From Mustelus asterias (lineage: Eukaryota): a stretch of 64,000 nt of DNA. The notes beneath the pieces were generated by a model. The model searched no databases, was not told where the DNA came from, and saw only the letters and a list, made by a program, of their open reading frames with translations. The position numbers and the translations under genes are program-made. This document shows, piece by piece, positions 48,990 to 61,874 of this stretch; the first letter of the stretch is position 1; each line of letters opens with the position of its first letter. The stretch is from assembly GCF_964213995.1 (NCBI RefSeq), contig NW_027590139.1, positions 744,001 to 808,000 on the forward strand, written 5' to 3'.

Positions 48990-49400
48990 CTCTGAAGACA
49001 GAGGTTCTGAACCAGCCCCTGAAACCACGCCCATTGTGACCCGCCACCGACAGCAGCGCATGCGCTCTCCTTCCCCGCTGAAACAAGATGGCGGACGATA
49101 ACCGGGGCCTGTTCCCGGGATAAAAGCCTGGGAGCTGTAAACCCAGGACCTGCAGGGTCTATTCGGGCCGTGCGGCCTACAGCGGGTGTTTGTGAAGCCA
49201 GAGCTCCCTCCCTACCCCGACTCCCGGCTCCATTTCTCCCGCAGCCCCACCGACTCACCCGTTGAAAAAAGCATCTCCCGCATTCATGGGGCTCTGGGCA
49301 AAGTGACACTGCGCACGCTCCAGATATAGCACCGCGCCTGCGCAATAGGCTCCTGTGGAATGAATAGGACACGTTCACACCCGCAGGGGCACCTGGGAAT
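48990..49400. promoter_or_regulatory. CpG-rich promoter upstream of Z9
   Basis: NRF1 palindrome at 49056, YY1 motif CAAGATGGCGG at 49084; similar to 3090-3200. Confidence 0.68.
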
Positions 49401-49902
49401 TAATGGCGTCATTGTCAATCAAAGACAATAATAGAAAATTATCTTGTGCAATTAAGATCAATTAATTTTTAAAAATGCATTCCTCGGAATTTGTGCGCTG
49501 CCATTCTCTATTTCTAAAATTAATTTAAACCAGTGCTCTCCTGTGGGAATACCCCGAGTTTTAAAAACTTTTCCCACTGGTTTCCTCTCCTCTCTCTGCT
49601 CTCCTGAAGGTGCTCATACTGGTTGGGTAAGTCCCACAGAGACTGGTTTCTTGCACTTTCTTTCTCCTGATGCTGACTATTCTGTTTTATGGAATGATAC
49701 ATCACAGATGGAAACCACTTGGCACATCCTGCCCAGTCGGGCTGTCTTTAAGATTTGTCCAATTAATCCCACAGCCCTGCTGGCAGAGTGAGAACGATAT
49801 CTATATGTACTGCAGCAATGCAGGAGGTGAATGGAAAATGTTTTCCAGTTGCATACCTCTCAGACACACTCACCCCTAGAAAGATAAATTGGCCCTGTGT
49901 AC

Positions 49903-50860
49903 TAAGAACAAAGAAAATTGCAGCACAGGAACTGGCCGTTCGGCCCTCCAAGCCTGCACCGACCATACTGCCCGACTTAACTAAAACCCACTACCCTCCC
50001 AGGGACCATATCCCTCTATTCCCATCTCATTCATGTACTTGTCAAGACGTCGCTTAAAAGTCAAGACCGTATCTGCTTCCACTACCTCCCCCGGCAATGA
50101 ATACCAGGCACCCACCACTCTCTGTGTAAAACATCTGCCTCGTACATCTCTTTTAAACTTTACCCCTCGCACCTTAAACCTATTCCCCACAGTAATTGAC
50201 TCTTCCACCCTGGGAAAAAGCTTCTGACAATCCACTCTTTCCATGCCTCTCATAATCTTGTAGACTTCTATCAGGTCTCCCCTCAACCTCCATCGCTCAA
50301 GTGAGAACAAACCAAGTTTCTCCAACCTCTCCTCAAAGCTAATGCCCTCCATACCAGGCAACATCCTGGTAAATCTTTTCTGGACCCTCTCCAAAGCCTT
50401 CCTTCTGGTAGTGTGGCGACCAGAATTGAACACTATATTCCACGTGCGGCCTAACTAAGGTTCTATAAAGCTGCAACATGGCTTGCCAATTTTAAACTCA
50501 ATGCCCCAGCCGATGAAGGTAAGCATGCCGTATACCTTCTTGATGACCTTCTCCATCTGCATTGCCACTTTCAGTAATCTGTGTACCTGTACACCCAGAT
50601 CCCTCTGCCTATCAATATTGTTAAAGGTTCTGCCATTTACTGTATATTTCCTATCTGTATTAGACCTTCCAAACGGCATTACCTCACATTTGTCCGGATT
50701 AAACTCCATCTGTCATCTCTCCACCCAAGTCTCCAACTGGCCTATATCCTGCTGTATCCTCTGATGGTCCTCATCACTATCCGCAAATCCACCAACCTTT
50801 GTGTCGTCCGCAAACGTACCTATCAATCCAGTTACATTTTCCTCCAAATCATTTATATAT
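49903..50860 (-). mobile_element. CR1 LINE truncating Z10
   Basis: IYINDLEE...FADDTKVGG; MEFNPDKCEVM. Confidence 0.9.
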
Positions 50861-50861
50861 A

Positions 50862-51296
50862 TTATATATATCCTGTGTGAATTCGCTGTTGTGTCCAAAG
50901 ACTGGATGGCCCAGCAAAATCCTTCCCACACAAGGAGCAGGTGAACAATCTCTCCCCAGTGTGAACTCGCTGATGTGCACTGAGGTTGGATGAACATGAG
51001 AACCCCTTTCCACAGGTGGAGCAGCTGAACGGCCTCTCCTCAGTGTGAATTTGCTGGTGTAACAGCAGGTGGGATAGTGAATCCTTTCCCAAACACAGAA
51101 CAGATGGCCTCTCTCCAGTGTGACTGAGTCTATGGTTTTCCAGCAAGTACAGATAATTGAATCCTTTATCACAATCATCACATTTCCATGGTTTCTCCAT
51201 TTTCCCAGCCCTAATGTGACCGTGTCGATGGGTTTCCAACCGGGATGGATAATTGAATCCTTTACCACAATCCTCACATTTCCACGGTTTGTCCAT
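50862..51296 (-). pseudogene. Z10: short degenerate ZNF cut by a CR1
   Basis: Two MxKPWKC start fingers, one internally deleted finger, array ends at the CR1 junction. Confidence 0.8.
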
Positions 51297-52261
51297 GGTG
51301 CTGGTGTCCTTCTGTCTCTCCAGGTTGGATGATTAGTTGAAGCCTCATCCACATACAGACCATGGTGTGATGTTTTTCAGGCTATGTAACTGGTTAAAGC
51401 TCTATCCACAGTCAGTTCACTGGAGCACTCTCACTTGGGTGTATGTGTGTGTCTCAGTTCTTTTTCTGTCACATTGAATTTCGAAATTTTCTTCCACTGA
51501 CAAAACAGGGAACGATTTATCCCTCCACTGTCAAAAGCAATCATATTTAGGTCATGATGAATCGAATGGCTCTGTCAGACTTTGATGTGAAGTTTAGTTT
51601 GAGTTTCCTGTCTGTGAATCTTCCTCTTCTAGTTCCCTGCACAAAGAGCTTTAAAAAACTGCTTCAGAACAGACAATTTCAGTTTCCACGAAACATTTCT
51701 CTGTCTCATTTATCTTGAGCTGTAATCCCCATCCCACACACTCTCTCTTGTCCCTGAGCTGAAATCAATCTCATTGCCCCATCTCCACTCTGAGCCCAGC
51801 TCCCTCTCCCTCCAGCTGGATTCAGTCCTGCAGGCCATGTGCAGATTGAGAGTACAATCAAGGAGTCAATTATTTTCCGTCCAAGTCAGGGGCCGTGCAG
51901 CCCCACTGACTCTGTTGTTACCACAATGGGCACACGTGCTCTGCTCACCAATGAAACACCACAATGACCATTAACATCGGCCTGTTCCTTGGAAAAGCTC
52001 CATTTTATTTGTGCCACAACAGCAGCGGAATTACCTCCTGCACAGGCACAAAGGTATCATCAGTCACAGAAAATAATTGCAGCTGGTGTCTCAAACCTCA
52101 TTTTACCATTTGCTCCCAGACATTCTCAATTCAATTTTGAAATGCAAACTGAAATCTGGCAAAGTGGGGTAAATTAAACACATTTTAATGGTCATTTTCA
52201 GAATGACTATTTCCGAGAATTAATTCCCAAGTCAGGAAATTAAAATTCTCATCAGCAATGT

Positions 52262-52590
52262 CGGCGGCACAGTGGTTAGCACTGCTGCCTCACAGCTCCA
52301 GGGACCTGGGTTTGATTCCCAACTTGGGTCGCTGTCCGTGTGGAGTCTGCCCATTCTCCCCATGTCAGCGTGGGTTTTCTCCAGATGCTCCGGTTTCCTC
52401 CCATTGTCCAAAGATATGCCAGTTACGTGCATTGGCTATGCTAAATTGCCCCTTCGTGTCCCGGGATGAGTAGGTTAGAGGGATTAGCAGGTTACATATG
52501 TGGGGTTATGGGAATAGGGCCTAGGTGGGATTGTTGTCGGTGCAGACTCGATGGGCCGAACAACCTCCTTCAGCACTGTCGGGATATGAA
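52262..52590 (+). mobile_element. HE1-type V-SINE
   Basis: GGCGGCACAGTGGTTAGC head, V-domain and tail. Confidence 0.87.
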
Positions 52591-53293
52591 ATACATTGGG
52601 AGAATTGCTATTTTAATGGGTATTTTCACAAATGCTATAAAATGATTTTTCAACACAAATTAATATTTTCTTCAACAGATGATTAATAAATAAAAAGTAT
52701 TTAATAAAACAACCACCCAGTGTGGGGTTCAGGATTCTAACTCAGGGTTTCTGAGCTCCAGGAACCACTAACTGAACCAACCGAGAATTGTCTCCACAAA
52801 ACTTCCCCAACTCCCTCCCGGGAAAAAGCTGCAAACCCGGGAGCTGCAGCTTTTTACTGGGGGTGTTGGGGCCTCCAGCGGGTGTTTGTGAATCCTCCCC
52901 GCCCACCTCCCAGGGTTTCTTTCCTTCCCAGAGATCAGAGTCCTCATTGATTTGAGGCCAAAGTGTAACCTGTTATTTATTGTCCCCCTCCCCCATCCTC
53001 TGATGTGAACCATCCCCCAGTGGCTGAGCCAGGATGGGGCCGTTAACCTGGGCCTGTTCCCGGGAGGGAGAAGCCCCGCAGCTGCAAACCAGGGAGCTGA
53101 CAATGATTCTGAAGGGTTTGCGGATCCACAAAGTGTTTCCAAATCCTCCCAGCCACCGCCTAACGCTGACTCCGCTTCTCCGGGACAAACAAGCGCCAAG
53201 GACAGCAATGACACTGCGCATGCTCCACATCACAATAAGAAGTTTAACAACACCAGGTTAAAGTCCAACAGGTTTATTTGGTAGCAAAAGCCA

Positions 53294-53330
53294 CACAAGC
53301 TTTCGAGGCTCTAAGCCCCTTCTTCAGGTG
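53294..53330 (-). ncRNA. Minimal hammerhead ribozyme motif
   Basis: CAC-CUGAAGA-A-GGGGC-UUAGA-GCCUC-GAAA-GC-UU-GUG. Confidence 0.75.
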
Positions 53331-53760
53331 AGTGGGAATTCTGTTCACAAACAGAATTTATAAAGACACAGACTCAATTTACATGAATAATGGTTGGAAT
53401 GCGAATACTTACAACTAATCCAGTCTTTAAGAAACAAAACAATGGGAGTGGAGAGAGCATCAAGACAGGCTAAAAAGATGTGTATTGTCTCCAGACAAGA
53501 CAGCCAGTGAAACTCTGCAGGTCCACGCAACTGTGGGAGTTACAAATATTGCGTCCACAGTTGCGTGGACCTGCAGAGTTTCACTGGCTGTCTTGTCTGG
53601 AGACAATACACATCTTTTTAGCCTGTCTTGATGCTCTCTCCACTCCCATTGTTTTGTTTCTTAAAGACTTGATTAGTTGTAAGTATTCGCATTCCAACCA
53701 TTATTCATGTAAATTGAGTCTGTGTCTTTATAAATTCTGTTTGTGAACAGAATTCCCACT

Positions 53761-53797
53761 CACCTGAAGAAGGGGCTTAGAGCTTCGAAAGCTTGTG
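53761..53797 (+). ncRNA. Minimal hammerhead ribozyme motif
   Basis: CAC-CUGAAGA-A-GGGGC-UUAGA-GCUUC-GAAA-GC-UU-GUG. Confidence 0.72.
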
Positions 53798-54307
53798 TGG
53801 CTTTTGCTACCAAATAAACCTGTTGGACTTTAACCTGGTGTTGTTAAACTTCTTACTGTGTTTACCCCAGTCCAACGCCGGCATCTCCACATCATGACCA
53901 CATCACAATGCCCGGGGACTGATTGACGGCAGCTCCGGACCAATAGGAAGAGGGGGCGGGTCTGGAGGACCGAGCTGGAGCGGCTGGTCCTCCAACCAAT
54001 CGGAGTGAAGGAGGGGCGGGACCTGAAGCATTCGCAGTGCGGGTAATGGCGACGGACGGACGGTTTTAACTCGGAAGCGAGATCAATACGAGGTAGAGGG
54101 CGGCGTGCGGGGAATGATAAATGTGGCGGGTGGGTGGAGAGACTTTGTAAACATGTTGTTCAAACCCAATCCCCGGAAATGAACTTCCCGGTTCCCCCCC
54201 TTTGTACCAAATGGAGCGGCAGCTTGTAGTGTTAGACCCGGGCTGACTGCCGCCATTGAGGCTGCATGTGGGAGGCCGGCAGGGATTGTGATCGGAGAGT
54301 GAAGCCC

Positions 54308-54415
54308 TGACGTCACAATGGAATGGGTGGGAGTGTGAGGTCACAATGGAATGGGTGAGAGTGTGACGTCACAATGGAATGGGTGAGAGTGTGATGTCAC
54401 AATGGAATGGGTGAG
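54308..54415. repeat. Four copies of a 28-bp minisatellite containing CRE sites
   Basis: TGACGTCA at 54308 and 54364; variants TGAGGTCA at 54336 and TGATGTCA at 54392. Confidence 0.9.
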
Positions 54416-54472
54416 GGTTCCAGATGAGCTGAGACTGGGCTGGAGTCGGGCGATGGCACTGACATGTGGCCC

Positions 54473-54775
54473 GGTGGCACAGTGGTTAGTGCAGCTGCCT
54501 AACAGCGCCAGGGACCCGGGTTCAATTCCAGCCTCGGGTCGCTGTCTGTGCAGAGTTTCTTCATTCTCCCCGTGTCTGGGTGGGTTTCCTCCGGGTGTTC
54601 CGGTTTCCTTCCACAGTCCAAAGATGTGCCGGTTAGACGGATTGGCCATGATAAATTGCCACTTGGTATCAGGGGGATTAACAGGTAAATATGTGGATAG
54701 GGTCTGGATGGGATTGTTGTCGGTGCAGGCTCGATGGGCTGAATGGCCTCCTCCGACAATGTATTTTATGATTCA
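54473..54775 (+). mobile_element. HE1-type V-SINE
   Basis: Head, V-domain and tail. Confidence 0.85.
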
Positions 54776-54899
54776 TTACTGTTAATTAATTAATTACTTT
54801 GAATGAAGGTGGTCTTGATGATGATGTGGACGTGGCTGGAAGCTCATATTGGGATGAACTATTTCACCCTGGTTGTGAACAGCCTAGTTCAGCCTCAGA

Positions 54900-55250
54900 C
54901 AGTAAGTAATCTCACAACACCAGGTTAAAATCCAACAGGTTAATTTGGTGGCATAAGCCACAGGATTTTGGAGCGCTGCTCTTCATCAGGTGAGTGGGAG
55001 TTCTATTCACAAACAGGGCACAGAGACACAAACTCAATTTACAAAATAATGGTTGGAAGAGTCTTTACAGGTAATCAAGTCTTAAAGGTACAGACAATGT
55101 GAGTGGAGAGAGGGTGAAGCACAGGTTAAAGAGATGTGTATTGTCTCCAGCCAGGACAGTTAGTGAGATTTTGCAAGCCCAGGCAAGTTGTGGGGGTTAC
55201 AGACAGTGTGACATGAACCCAAGAACCCGGTTGAGGCCGTCCTCATGTGT
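54900..55250 (-). mobile_element. Penelope-like family 1 pLTR and ORF end, with a degenerate hammerhead
   Basis: THEDGLNRVLGFMSH; CUGAUGA present but GAAA changed to AAAA. Confidence 0.85.
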
Positions 55251-55329
55251 GATTGACAGATCCATGCTCACTGCTTCTTGCCCTGGATGCAGAGAGCTGA
55301 AAATTTCCATGCAGGCTGCCAGACAAATA

Positions 55330-58300
55330 AATAAGAACATAAGAACATAAGAAATAGGAGCAGGAGTAGGCCATCTAGCCCCTCGAGCCTGCCCGGCATT
55401 CAATAAGATCATGGCTAATCTGACGTGGATCAGTACCACTTACCCGCCTGATCCCCATAACCCTTAATTCCCTTACCGATCAGGAATCCATCCATCCGCG
55501 CTTTAAACATATTCAGCGAGGTAGCCTCCACCACCTCAGTGGGCAGAGAATTCCAGAGATTCACCACCCTCTGGGAGAAGAAGTTCCTCCTCAACTCTGT
55601 CTTAAACCGACCCCCCTTTATTTTGAGGCTGTGTCCTCTAGTTTTAACTTCCTTACTAAGTGGAAAGAATCTCTCCGCCTCCACCCTATCCAGCCCCCGC
55701 ATTATCTTATAAGTCTCCATAAGATCCCCCCTCATCCTTCTAAACTCCAACGAGTACAAACCCAATCTCCTCAGCCTCTCCTCATAATCCAAACCCCTCA
55801 TCTCCGGTATCAACCTGGTGAACCTCCTCTGCACTCCCTCCAATGCCAATATATCCTTCCTCATATAAGGGGACCAATACTGCACACAGTATTCCAGCTG
55901 CGGCCTCACCAATGCCCTGTACAGGTGCATCAAGACATCCCTGCTTTTATATTCTATCCCCTTCGCAATATAGGCCAACATCCCATTTGCCTTCTTGATC
56001 ACCTGTTGTACCTGCAGACTGGGCTTTTGCATCTCATGCACAAGGACCCCCAGGTCCCTTTGCACGGTAGCATGTTTTAATTTGTTTCCATTGAGATAGT
56101 AATCCCATTTGTTATTATTTCCTCAAGTGTATAACCTCGCATTTCTCAACGTTATACTCCATTTGCCATATCCTCGCCCACTCACTCAGCCTGTCCAAAT
56201 CTCTCTGCAGATCTTCTCCGTCCTCCACACGATTCACTTTTCCACTTATCTTTGTGTCGTCTGCAAACTTTGTTACCCTACACTCCGTCCCCTCCTCCAG
56301 ACCATCTATATAAATGGTAAACAGTTGAGGCCCGAGTACCGATCCCTGCGGCACGCCACTAGTTACCTTCCTCCAACCGGAAAAACACCCATTTATTCCG
56401 ACTCTTTGCTTCCTGTCGGATAGCCAGTCCCCAATCCACTTTAACACACTACCCCCAACTCCGTGTGCCCTAATCTTCTTCAGCAGCCTTTTATGGGGCA
56501 CCTTATCAAACGCCTTTTGGAAATCCAAAAACACCGCATCCACCGGTTCTCCTCCATCAACCGCCCTAGTCACATCTTCATAAAAATCCAACATGTTCGT
56601 CAAGCACGACTTTCCCCTCATGAATCCATGCTGCGTCTGATTGATCGAACCATTTCTATCCAGATGCCCTGCTATCTCCTCTTTAATAATGGATTCCAGC
56701 ATTTTCCCTACTACAGACGTTAAGCTGACCGGCCTATAGTTACCCGCCTTTTGTCTCCTTCCTTTTTTAAACAGCGGCGTAACATTAGCCGTTTTCCAAT
56801 CAACCGGCACTACCCCAGAATGCAACGAGTTTTGATAAATAATCACTAACGCATCCACTATTACCTCTGACATTTCTTTCAATACCCTGGGATGCTTTCC
56901 ATCCGGACCCGGGGACTTGTCCACCTTCAGTCCCATTAGTCTACCCAGCACTGCCTCTCTGGTAACATTAATTGTATTAATGGGATACGGCACGGTAGCA
57001 CAGTGGTTAGCACTGCTGCTTCACAGCTCCAGGGTCCCGGGTTCGATTCCCGGCTCGGGTCACTGTCTGTGTGGAGTTTGCACATTCTCCTCGTGTCTGC
57101 GTGGGTTTCCTCCGGGTGCTCCGGTTTCCTCCCACAGTCCAAAGATGTGCGGGTTAGGTTGATTGGCCAGGTTAAAAAAATTGCCCCTTAGAGTCCTGGG
57201 ATGCGTAGGTTAGAGGGATTAACGGGTAAAATATGTGGGGGTAGGGCCTGGGTGGGATTGTGGTCGGTGCAGACTCGATGGGCCGAATGGCCTCCTTCTG
57301 CACTGTAGGGTTTCTATGATTTCTATGAAGTATTTCTCCTGCTGCCAACCCTCTATCGTTAATATTTGGCAAACTATTTGTGTCCTCCACCGTGAAGACC
57401 GACACAAAAAACTTATTTAAAGACTCAGCCATATCCTCATTTCCCACTATTAACTCCCCCCTCTCGTCCTCCAAGGGTCCAACATTCACTCTAGCCACTC
57501 TATTCCTTTTTATATATTTATAAAAACTTTTACTATCATTTTTTATATTAATTGCTAGCCTAGCTTCATAGTCTATCCTTCCTTTCTTTATCACTTTCTT
57601 AGTTTCTCTTTGTTGTTTCTTAAATTTTTCCCAATCACTTGTTTCTCCACTATTTTTGGCCACTCTGTACGCAGCTGTTTTTATTTTAATACTCTCCTTT
57701 ATTTCCTTCGTTATCCACGGCTGGTTCTCCCTTTTCTTACAATCCTTGTTTTTGGCTGGAATATATTTTTGCTGAGAACTGAAAAGGATCTCCTTAAAAA
57801 TCCTCCACTGTTCTCAGCTATCCTACCTGCCAGCCTGCTCTCCCAGTCTACCTTAGCCAATTCATCCCTCATCCTATCATATTTCCCTCTGTTCAAACAG
57901 AGGACACTGGTTTGGGACCAAACTTTCTCCTCTTCCATCTGAATCAGAAATTCGACCATATTGTGGTCACTAGACCCAAGAGGGTCCTTCACAATAAGAT
58001 CCTTAATTCTACCTACCTCGTTACACAATACCAGATCCAAAATAGCTCGTTCCCTCGTCGGTTCCGTAACATGCTGTTCAAGGAAACTATCCCGACAGCA
58101 TTCTAAGAACTCTTCCTCCATTCCACCCTTACCGACTTGAGTCTGCCAGTCAATGTGCATGTTGAAGTCCCCCATGATTATTGCCGTTCCGTTTTTACAC
58201 GCATCCCTTATCTGCTTGTTTATAGCCCTCCCTACCTCAACATTATTATTTGGGGGCCAATATACCACACCTACTAGTGTCTTTCTCCCTCTACTATTCC

Positions 58301-58620
58301 TCATCTCTACCCATAATGATTCCACGTTTTGTTCCTCAGAGCCTATGTCATCCCTCAGTACTACCCTGATATTATCTCTTATTAATAGCGCGACCCCACC
58401 ACCTTTTCCTTCCTGTCTATTCTTCCTAAACGCCTGATACCCCTGGATATTCATCTCCCAGTCCTGGTCACCTTTCAGCCACGTTTCTGTAATGGCCACT
58501 AGATCGTACCCACTTGTGCTGATTTGCACCATCAACTCATTTACCTTGTTCCGAATGCTTCGTGCATTCAGGCAAAGTGTCCTTATTCCAGCTTTTATCT
58601 GGACCCGCTTTGATGAGTCT
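55330..58620 (-). mobile_element. Long CR1 LINE with a near-complete ORF2 (APE endonuclease and RT), broken by frameshifts and a SINE
   Basis: YDLVAITETWL...IIMGDFN...SSDH; QHGFMRGKSCLTN, FADDTK; tail (TTCTTATG)n. Confidence 0.95.
56985..57327 (+). mobile_element. HE1-type V-SINE nested in the CR1 ORF2
   Basis: Splits GEIL|NTINVTREAV; near-identical to the copy at 16230-16600. Confidence 0.92.
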
Positions 58621-59433
58621 ACATTACTGGAGTAAAAATGTGTGGAATATACAGACCGAATTCACTTCATTCCCTTCAGTTGCTGCAAGTCCCCAATTTC
58701 CCCCAGAATGAGAAAAGAAATGGAAAGGGGGAAACATTGATTTCCTCCCAGATGTTGTCCAGAGGAGGAAGTTTCAATCTGAAGCTCATTGGACAACTTC
58801 CGCATTGTGACGTCACAATGGAGCCTGCCTGAATCAGCGAATAGGAATCTCTCTTCCTACATCAAGAGCTGATGTTTCTTGTCTAGATGACCCTTTGTCA
58901 AAGCTCTGAAACATCTGTTCTTTTCTCTCCATACAGATGCTGCCAGACCTGCTGAGAATGGGGAGACAGTGTGTGGGATGGAGATTTACAGCTTTTGGGG
59001 AATGAGAGAGGCAAGAATGTTCCATAGAAATTGTCTGTTCTGAATTTCTATGCTGTACTGACACTGATGACTTTTGTAAACTCGTTTTACAGGATATTGA
59101 AAGAGGAATCACAGGCCGAAATCTCAAACGTCATGTCTAGACGTGACAGAGTCATATTCCTTGGGACCTCAATATCATCGGACTTTGAATCCAGAAGGAG
59201 AAATGATTGTCCGGTCTGTCGATTTGAAATGTCAGTGTGAGTGAAAAAGCATCAACACACTGCCACACTTGAGTGAGTGTGTTCCAATGCACTGACTAAA
59301 AAGCTTGAACCATTTACACAGTTTGAATAAATATCACACCGTTCACAGCGGGTAGAGACTGTAATCTTGTTCTGAGTATGGGCGAAGTTTCAACTAATTG
59401 TCCAGTCAAGAGAGAGGTAAGGACACCTGCACC

Positions 59434-60780
<1,347 letters not shown>

Positions 60781-61009
60781 TGACAGGGGTTGGATTCTGC
60801 TGTTATTGTTTCTGCTCTCAATTATATCCAGGACTGCATTTTGTTCATTCTCACAGTTGGTCAATGGGGAGGGTCGGAGGGTTTCTTTCTGCTGGACTGG
60901 CCGGTCTCATGACTTTGCCTCCAGTGGGCTGATGCTCTTTGAGTCTTGTTGCGAATACCTGGTTTTTAGATTTCACAAGGATCACAGAGTGACAGGATGT
61001 TAGGAAGTT

Positions 61010-61280
61010 ATAGAGGTTTACAACATGGAAACAGGCCCTTCGGCCCAACTTGTCCATTCCGCTCAGTTTTTACCACTAAGCTAGTCCCAATTGCCCGTAT
61101 TTTGCCCATATCCCTCTATACCCATCTTACCCGTGTAACTGTCTAAATGCTTTTGAAAAGACAGTATTGTACCCACCTCTACCACTGCCTCTGGCAACTC
61201 GTTCCAGACACTCACCACGACCTGAGTGAAAAACTGCCCCTCTGGACCCTTTTGTATCTCTCTCCTCTCACCTTAAACCT
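61010..61280 (-). mobile_element. Short CR1/HER1 3' end
   Basis: RFKVRGERYKRVQRG plus 3' UTR. Confidence 0.85.
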
Positions 61281-61874
61281 CAAACTAAGAACAAGAAATG
61301 TATCGATAAAATGATTAGAGAATAGAGCCAACGTTTTGAGTCTGGATGATACTTCATGAGAGCTGTTATGAAGGGTCATCCAGTATTGAAACTTTGGCTC
61401 CATTCTTCACAGGTGCTGTCAGACCTACTGAGATTTTCCAGCATTTTGTGTTTTTGTTTCAGATTCCGGTATCTGCAGTATTTTACTCTTCTGATGAAAT
61501 GATTAGTTCTGATTGGAATCCCCATGACCCTCCTTCAAAACAGAGGGAGTGGTGGCAGAAGGAGAAAAATGATAAGGATGATAAAGTCTGGGTTCTGATT
61601 CTCCGAGCCCATGTAGAATTAACAAAATGAGTGAACCAGTTTATAAAGAACAGAAGTTACCCATCCCTAACAAAAACTGATCAAATTAAAATAATTAGGT
61701 TGAGGAAGAGAACAAAAGAATTCATAGATAAAGTTTAAAATCAACTTTGTTTTGTTGTTAGAGAAGTTTTTAAAAATTATGTAAAGTGATGTAACTGTGT
61801 GCCAAGTTTCTTCTCACTCCCCACCCCTTTCGGTTCTGTAGAAAAGTTAACCCTTTCAGCAGACAGTTGATTTA

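Larger units (their letters stand above)
53237..53903 (+). mobile_element. Non-coding Penelope-like insertion made of two inverted pLTR copies
   Basis: Arms 53236-53536 and 53555-53855; 12-bp duplication CCACATCACAAT at 53225-53236 and 53898-53909. Confidence 0.9.
52860..54070. promoter_or_regulatory. Promoter cassette upstream of Z10, an inverted paralogue of 3420-3935, interrupted by a PLE
   Basis: Near-identical reverse complement of the Z1 cassette; CCAAT plus GC-box pairs at 53940-54020. Confidence 0.75.

Noticed and set aside
54308-54415. 28-bp repeats superficially like a CRISPR array
   Set aside because: No spacers, eukaryotic context; it is a minisatellite.
55430-58535. Possible active or domesticated reverse transcriptase gene
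   Set aside because: ORF2 is split by frameshifts and a SINE, and ORF1 is absent.
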